Shown here: piece by piece, positions 57,284-64,000 of the stretch
How positions within the stretch are numbered: the first letter of the stretch is position 1
Layout of the letters: every line of letters begins with the position of its first letter
Source: an uncultured Brevifollis sp.
GTDB lineage: Bacteria; Verrucomicrobiota; Verrucomicrobiia; Verrucomicrobiales; Verrucomicrobiaceae
Assembly (NCBI GenBank): GCA_964605265.1
Contig: CAZSBO010000004.1
Coordinates: 488-64,487, forward strand
Direction: 5' to 3'
DNA length: 64,000 bases
Program-made: the position numbers and the translations under genes
The notes under the pieces: generated by a model
Database searches by the model: none
What the model was told of the DNA's origin: nothing
What the model saw: only the letters and a program-made list of their open reading frames with translations

Positions 57284-57934
57284 ATGACTGACGCCGAATT
57301 GCAGCCTCTCAACGACCGTTTCCAGAACGCTTCGCCCCAGGAAATCCTGGCCTGGGCGCTTGAGCAGGGACCGGCGCTGGTGACCACCAATTTCCGCCCC
57401 TACGAGGCCGTCATCCTGCACCTGGCCACCGTCCTGCAGCCCGATGTGCCGGTGCTGTGGGTCGACCACGGCACCAACCTGCCCGAGACCTACCGCTTCG
57501 CCGAAGCCTGTCGCACGCGCCTGGGCCTGAACCTGAAGCCCTACCTGCCACTCATGACCAGCGCCCACTGGCTCGCCCTCAACGGCGGCCAGGTGCCGAT
57601 GCCGGACGAGGTCGAGCGCGTCGAGTCGTTCAGCCGCATCATGAAGCTCGAGCCCTTCGAGCGCGGCATGGCCGAGCTGGCCCCCGCCGTCTGGATCACC
57701 GCCCTGCGCCGCGAGCAGAACCCGCAGCGCGCCGCCACCCTCAAGCCGGTCATGTGGGACGCCAAGTTCCGCTGCCTGAAGATCAACCCGATCCTCGACT
57801 GGACCCCGGCCGAAATGGAGGCCTACCTGGCCGAGCACGGTCTGCCCAACGAGCTCACCTATTACGACCCGGCCAAGGGCGACGAAAAGCACGAGTGCGG
57901 CCTGCACGCCAAACTGGTGACTGACAAAGCCTGA
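57284..57934 (+). CDS. cysH: PAPS/APS reductase, short form without Fe-S cysteines
   Basis: TTNFRPYEAVILH, ETYRF, KLEPF, C-terminal ECGLH. Confidence 0.9.
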   Translation: MTDAELQPLNDRFQNASPQEILAWALEQGPALVTTNFRPYEAVILHLATVLQPDVPVLWVDHGTNLPETYRFAEACRTRLGLNLKPYLPLMTSAHWLALNGGQVPMPDEVERVESFSRIMKLEPFERGMAELAPAVWITALRREQNPQRAATLKPVMWDAKFRCLKINPILDWTPAEMEAYLAEHGLPNELTYYDPAKGDEKHECGLHAKLVTDKA

Positions 57935-57962
57935 TTCTGCGCCAAAATTTCCCGTTCCCGAC

Positions 57963-58871
57963 ATGTCCGCCATCACGCACCTGCAATTTCTCGAGTCCGA
58001 GGCCATCTACGTCCTGCGCGAAACCGCCGCCCAGTTCTCCAATCCCGCCCTGCTCTTCTCCGGCGGCAAGGATTCCATCGTCATGGCCTGGATGGCCCGC
58101 AAGGCCTTCCACCCGGCGAAGATGCCCTTCAAGCTGCTCCACGTCGACACCGGCCACAACTTCCCCGAGGCAATGACCTACCGCGACTGGTTCGTCAACG
58201 AGATCGGCGGCCAGCTCGTCGTGGGCAGTGTCCAGAAGAGCATCGATGACGGCCGCGTTCAGGAGGAGAAGGGCCCCTACGCCAGCCGCAACAAGCTACA
58301 GACCGTTACCCTGCTCGACACCATTGAGGAGCATCAGTTCGATGCCTGCCTCGGCGGCGGTCGCCGCGACGAGGAGAAGGCGCGCGCCAAGGAGCGCTTC
58401 TTCAGCCACCGCGACGAATTCGGCCAGTGGGATCCGAAAAATCAGCGCCCGGAACTCTGGAACATCTTCAACGGCCGCAAGCACTTCGGCGAACACTTCC
58501 GCGTCTTCCCGCTCAGCAACTGGACCGAGATGGACGTCTGGCAGTACATCCGCCAGGAAAACATCCCCCTGCCGAGCCTGTATTTCAGCCACACGCGCCG
58601 CATCATCGAGCGCCACGGCCAGCTGCTCGACGCCGAGACCGGCTTCATCCCGCTGCTCGACGAGGAAAAGCCGCGCGTCGCCGAACGCGTGATCCGCTTC
58701 CGCACCGTCGGTGATGCCACCTGCACCGGCGCCGTGGCCAGCACCGCCGCCACCCTTGACGAGATCATTGCCGAGGTCGCCGCCGCCCGCCAAACCGAGC
58801 GCGGCACCCGCGCCGACGACAAGCGCTCCGAAACCGCCATGGAGGACCGCAAGAAGGAAGGCTATTTTTGA
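57963..58871 (+). CDS. cysD: Sulfate adenylyltransferase subunit 2
   Basis: FSGGKDS, GGRRDEEKARAKER, WDPKNQRPELW, RKKEGYF. Confidence 0.97.
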   Translation: MSAITHLQFLESEAIYVLRETAAQFSNPALLFSGGKDSIVMAWMARKAFHPAKMPFKLLHVDTGHNFPEAMTYRDWFVNEIGGQLVVGSVQKSIDDGRVQEEKGPYASRNKLQTVTLLDTIEEHQFDACLGGGRRDEEKARAKERFFSHRDEFGQWDPKNQRPELWNIFNGRKHFGEHFRVFPLSNWTEMDVWQYIRQENIPLPSLYFSHTRRIIERHGQLLDAETGFIPLLDEEKPRVAERVIRFRTVGDATCTGAVASTAATLDEIIAEVAAARQTERGTRADDKRSETAMEDRKKEGYF

Positions 58872-58893
58872 GGCGGCCTGGCCGCCTCAAAAA
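58865..58893. repeat. Perfect 14-1-14 palindrome over the cysD stop codon
   Basis: TTTTTGAGGCGGCC-T-GGCCGCCTCAAAAA. Confidence 0.9.
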
Positions 58894-58894
58894 G

Positions 58895-58922
58895 AAGATG
58901 GGAGATCGGAGATGGAAGATCG
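58895..58922 (+). repeat. Heptamer tandem array RAGATSG x4
   Basis: AAGATGG GAGATCG GAGATGG AAGATCG. Confidence 0.9.
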
Positions 58923-58926
58923 CAGC

Positions 58927-59286
58927 ATGCAATTCGAAGACTTGGACGCTTGGCAGCAGGCCAAACGCCTCGTTGTCGGCATCTACGAAATGACTTCCCG
59001 CCAGGGGCTGGCCCAGGATTTCGGCATCAAGAACCAGATCCAGCGCTCCGCGGTTTCGATCATGAGCAACATTGCCGAAGGCTTCGAAAGGATCTCGCTC
59101 AACGAAAAGCGCCCGTTCGATTCGATTGCCCGCGCCTCCTGCGGCGAAACCCGATCGCTCCTCCATCTGATTGATGAACTCTTCCCGGCCTACCGCGAAC
59201 CCTGCCTTCAACTCCGCCAGCAGGCCGTTCAGACCGGAAAACTGATCTCCGGTCTGCTCCGCTCCACCGAACAACGCTCCTCCTGA
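58927..59286 (+). CDS. Four-helix-bundle protein (TIGR02436/23S rRNA IVP family)
   Basis: FEDLDAWQQA, QIQRSAVSIMSNIAEGFER, IARASCGE; alternative start 58912. Confidence 0.92.
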   Translation: MQFEDLDAWQQAKRLVVGIYEMTSRQGLAQDFGIKNQIQRSAVSIMSNIAEGFERISLNEKRPFDSIARASCGETRSLLHLIDELFPAYREPCLQLRQQAVQTGKLISGLLRSTEQRSS

Positions 59287-59352
59287 TCTTCCATCTTCCA
59301 TCTCCGCTCTTCCATGTCTTCCTCCCATCTCCCATCTTCCATCTCCGATCTT
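59284..59352 (-). repeat. Inverted heptamer arrays CSATCTY (two blocks of four flanking the cysN ATG)
   Basis: TGATCTT CCATCTT CCATCTC CGCTCTT, then CCATGTC containing the ATG, then CCATCTC CCATCTT CCATCTC CGATCTT. Confidence 0.9.
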
Positions 59353-60699
59353 CCAAGCACGGCTCCGGTGGTCGACGCCGCCGAATCCTCGCTGCTCCGC
59401 TTCACCACGGCCGGTTCCGTGGACGACGGCAAAAGCACGCTCATCGGCCGCCTGCTGTACGACTCGAAGTCGATCTTTGAAGACCAGCTGCTCGCCGTCG
59501 AGGAATCCTCGAAGCGCCGCGGCGACGCCCACGTCAACCTGGCGCTGCTGACCGACGGCCTGCGCGCCGAACGCGAGCAGGGCATCACCATCGACGTCGC
59601 CTACCGCTACTTCGCCACGCCGAAGCGCAAGTTCATCATCGCCGACACCCCGGGCCACATCCAGTACACCCGCAACATGGTCACCGGCGCCTCCACCGCC
59701 GACCTCGCCATCATCCTGATCGACGCCCGCCTCGGCGTCATCGAGCAGACCATGCGCCACACCTACCTGGCCAGCCTGCTGCGCATCAACCAGATCGTCC
59801 TGGCGGTCAACAAGATGGACCTCGTCGACTTCGATGAGGACACCTATCACAAGATCGTTGCCGACTACATGGCCTTCGCCCAGGGCCTGGAATACACGCC
59901 CAACATCCGCCCCATCCCGATCAGCGCCCTCAACGGCGACAACGTCGTCGAGCGCTCGGCCAAGACCGAGTGGTACGACGGCCCCAGCCTGCTTGAACAC
60001 CTCGAAACCGTGCAGGTGCACGCTGAAACCGCCGCCGACAAAGCGCGCTTCCCCGTCCAGTGGGTCATCCGCCCGATCTCCGATGCCGAGGACCCCAAGC
60101 TCGGCAACCTGCACGACTACCGCGGCTTCGCCGGCCGCATGGCCAGCGGCACCTTCCGCGTCGGCGACGAGGTCAGCGTGCTGCCCTCGGGCATGAAAAC
60201 CCGCATCACCGGCATCCACACCTTCGACGGCCCGCAGGACGAGGCCATCCCCCAGCTCAGCTACAGCCTCACCGTCGCCGACGAAATCGACACCAGCCGC
60301 GGCGGCATGATCGTCAAGGCCAGCGAACCCGTGCACACCGAGCAGGAGTTCGACGCCATGATCTGCTGGTTCAGCGACAAGAAAACGCTGAAGCCGCGCG
60401 GCCGCTTCCACCTGCGCCACACCACCAACGACGTGCGCGCCATCGTCACCGATGTGCTCTACAAGGTGAACATCAGCACCCTGGAAAAGAGCCAGGACAG
60501 CCAGGAGTTCGCCCTCAACGACATCGGCTGCGTGCGCATCCGCTGCGCCACCCCCATCTTCTTCGACGCCTACGCGCACAACCGCATCACCGGCAGCTTT
60601 GTCCTCGTCGACGAGCAGACCAACAACACCGTCGCCGCCGGCATGATCCTCAAGCCGGTCGCCGAGGACGACTTCGAAGACGCCGCCGCCGCGATCTGA
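59314..60699 (+). CDS. cysN: Sulfate adenylyltransferase subunit 1 (GTPase), no APS kinase domain
   Basis: GSVDDGKST, EREQGITIDVAY, DTPGH, NKMD; ends at TVAAGMI. Confidence 0.96.
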   Translation: MSSSHLPSSISDLPSTAPVVDAAESSLLRFTTAGSVDDGKSTLIGRLLYDSKSIFEDQLLAVEESSKRRGDAHVNLALLTDGLRAEREQGITIDVAYRYFATPKRKFIIADTPGHIQYTRNMVTGASTADLAIILIDARLGVIEQTMRHTYLASLLRINQIVLAVNKMDLVDFDEDTYHKIVADYMAFAQGLEYTPNIRPIPISALNGDNVVERSAKTEWYDGPSLLEHLETVQVHAETAADKARFPVQWVIRPISDAEDPKLGNLHDYRGFAGRMASGTFRVGDEVSVLPSGMKTRITGIHTFDGPQDEAIPQLSYSLTVADEIDTSRGGMIVKASEPVHTEQEFDAMICWFSDKKTLKPRGRFHLRHTTNDVRAIVTDVLYKVNISTLEKSQDSQEFALNDIGCVRIRCATPIFFDAYAHNRITGSFVLVDEQTNNTVAAGMILKPVAEDDFEDAAAAI

Positions 60700-60769
60700 G
60701 GTTCGTGGCCATGGTTTCCGACCGCAGTGCAGCCGGGCGCCGCCCCAGCGCGGCGCCCGGCGCATCTGT

Positions 60770-62131
<1,362 letters not shown>

Positions 62132-62544
62132 TCAGGCTAGGCGACGGTTTCATTCCCACAACCCAAAGCCGACGCACTTGCAAAAAAGTTATTCCATGAT
62201 AAATTTCAAGTATCTCCCCCGTAGGAGACAAACAACCATCGCCATGACCCACCCACGCCATCCGCAACCGCACCGGCCCAAGGCCGGAAGCCCGGTGCAT
62301 GGCCGCCTGGCGAGCCACCGGATGATCGCCAGCCGAGCTTGATCCGGGCCGTCCCTTAGAAAGCCGCAATGCGGCTGGACTGCCCAGGAAGGACAAAATC
62401 CACAGCGCGTCCACGAACCCGCGCAAGATAGGCGCATGCCTATCTCCATGCGTCATGCCAACAGCATGTCGACGGACCCGTGATGTTATTTCATGCGACG
62501 AGTTGAACCCACTCGGCTCGCCCGCTTCACCCTGCCCTCATGCC

Positions 62545-62772
62545 ATGCTATCTTCCGTTGGTTTGAATGATAACTTCGACAGTGCGATCCGTGCCGTTCG
62601 ACTTCTGATCGAGCTCACCGAAATGCGTCGCTCCGCCCCGGCGCATGAACTTCGCCAGCACCTGACCGAACTGCTCAATGTTCGCAATGCCGACCGCCGG
62701 CTTGCCGCCGTCTCCAGCGACCCACGGGCGCCCGCGCGCATCGAGCTGCCCACGGCCCAGCCCACGCCCTGA
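62545..62772 (+). CDS. Small hypothetical helical protein
   Basis: Protein-like amphipathic composition in an otherwise empty interval; no recognisable motif. Confidence 0.4.
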   Translation: MLSSVGLNDNFDSAIRAVRLLIELTEMRRSAPAHELRQHLTELLNVRNADRRLAAVSSDPRAPARIELPTAQPTP

Positions 62773-62831
62773 CCCGCGTCAGACGCGCCGCCCGGTGGCC
62801 GCCTGTGGACACGTGGCCTCGCCCCCAAGGG

Positions 62832-63356
62832 CTAGCCCGCCGCCGGCTGGAACACCACGGCATGCGCCTCGTAGACAACGCGCGCGCCGCTCAACTGGCC
62901 GAGGTACTCAATGGCCTCGCTGAGTGGAATGCCCTCCAGGCTCAGGCTGACGACCTTGGTCTTCAGTTCCTCCCCCTTGATGAGGAAGTTCGGCGTGACC
63001 CGTCCTTCAGTGGCATTCTTGGCCAAGGCGCGCAGGGCCTGCACCGCCTCGTCGAGGGTGACCTCGGCAAACTCGACCTTGGCGAGGTTGACGGCGGCAT
63101 AGGTCTTCTTCAGCGAGCTGGTGCCCGGCTTCATCTGCGCGCGGATCTGCGCCAGCAGGGCCTTGGTCTCGAAATGATTCGGCTGCCTTGCCTCGACCTG
63201 CTTCAACAGCTCGTGCGCCTGCTCGAAGTCGCCCTTGTAAAAGGCCGCGCGCCCCATCTGGAACAGCGCCTGCGTGTCGTTCGCGACGCCGGTTCCACCG
63301 ACGCCCAGCCCCAGAATGCCCGCCACCATCCATGCCTTGAATCGTTGTGATTTCAT
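62832..63356 (-). CDS. Secreted TPR protein with STN/secretin-N-like C-terminal domain
   Basis: Signal peptide, LFQMGRAAFYKGDFEQA TPR, VSLSLEGIPLSEAIEYL. Confidence 0.75.
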   Translation of the reverse strand: MKSQRFKAWMVAGILGLGVGGTGVANDTQALFQMGRAAFYKGDFEQAHELLKQVEARQPNHFETKALLAQIRAQMKPGTSSLKKTYAAVNLAKVEFAEVTLDEAVQALRALAKNATEGRVTPNFLIKGEELKTKVVSLSLEGIPLSEAIEYLGQLSGARVVYEAHAVVFQPAAG

Positions 63357-63466
63357 GAGGACCTCCGGTTGGATTTGCCGTCATTGCATCAGAAAAACGC
63401 CGTGAACTCAAGCCGGAAAATAATCGTCGCACCCCGCCGCCGGCGCGGCACGTTCCCCTCTTCCTC

Positions 63467-64000
63467 TTGGACAAGGCAGCGCCCCAGGCCCAGCCCCTGC
63501 CAGCCGCCCCCGATCACGGGCGGGAGTTGTTGCGCGCCCTGGTGACCCGCACCGTCAAGGCCCTGGCACCGCATCTGCCGGGACCGGTGCTGCAACTCGA
63601 ACACGTCACCCCGGAGGCTTTCCCTTTTGCCGCGGCGGTGATCCTCGAACAGTTCGCCCGCCAAGCCCCCGACCGTCGCGTCTGGCTGCTCTGTGCCGAT
63701 GCCCGCAGCCAGGATGCCCTGCACGCCGGCCTTGCCGTCTGGGGCGCTCCCGCCCTGTTCTGCCCGCGCCTGCGCCCGCCGGTCGACGCCGCCCTGCCCG
63801 ACCCCGACCTCGCCGCGGAACGGGTCTCCACCCTCGCCCGCTGGCAGGAAACCGACGGCGCGCGCGCGCTCGTGCTCTGCGCCGACAGCCTCGACGAGGA
63901 AGCACCCGCCCCGACCCGCCTCGCCGAGCGCCGCCGCCGCCTCTCAGCCGGCATGGAACTGCCCCTGGAAGCCTTCCTCACCGAATTGGAACAGGCCGGC
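63467..64000 (+). CDS. mfd: Transcription-repair coupling factor, N-terminal part (runs off the right edge)
   Basis: Manual translation ..RRVWLLC..ALFCP..LPDPDLAAERVSTL..LSAGMELPLEAFLTELEQAG resembles the Mfd UvrB-homology N-terminus; start uncertain. Confidence 0.7.
   Translation, partial: MDKAAPQAQPLPAAPDHGRELLRALVTRTVKALAPHLPGPVLQLEHVTPEAFPFAAAVILEQFARQAPDRRVWLLCADARSQDALHAGLAVWGAPALFCPRLRPPVDAALPDPDLAAERVSTLARWQETDGARALVLCADSLDEEAPAPTRLAERRRRLSAGMELPLEAFLTELEQAG

Noticed and set aside
58895-59352. Diversity-generating retroelement suggested by the Avd-like gene
   Set aside because: No reverse transcriptase and no TR/VR pair differing at adenines was seen in the window
62446-62462. Sigma54-like TGGCAT-N5-ATGG on the minus strand upstream of gdhA
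   Set aside because: The -12 element lacks the conserved GC; too weak to call

Overview
High-GC (roughly 65-70% by eye) bacterial chromosome segment. The gene content (PSCyt1/DUF1549/DUF1553/DUF1501 proteins, PVC-type heme protein, DUF1080, sulfatase, long NagB) points to the PVC superphylum, probably Verrucomicrobiales. About 50 CDSs are supported: housekeeping genes (ftsY, rlmN, rppH, fabI, xylB, glpD, gdhA, partial mfd), sulfate assimilation (cysI; cysH-cysD-cysN), amino-sugar genes, a DUF1549/1553-PPC-WD40-DUF1501 cluster, two TonB-dependent receptors and a vapBC pair. No rRNA, tRNA, CRISPR array or transposase was recognised. Most interesting observations: (1) a four-helix-bundle (23S rRNA IVP/Avd-like) gene between cysD and cysN, bracketed by mutually complementary 7-nt tandem repeats, plus a cargo-free inverted heptamer element between ctpA and fabI; (2) a secreted Ca-binding DxDxDG-repeat protein with a low-GC, bacteriocin-like hydrophobic tip, followed by an unannotated 59-aa membrane ORF (candidate polymorphic toxin-immunity pair); (3) a CruR/DUF2946-like CxxC leader ORF ahead of a TonB receptor and a PepSY gene; (4) several enzymes with altered catalytic motifs (Fe-S-less CysH with no cysC, NagA Glu-to-Tyr, degenerate PIG-L domain, pseudokinase); (5) a shared Rrf2/CymR-like box at cysI and cysH, and many apparently leaderless promoters. 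All family assignments come from motif recognition by eye, not database searches.
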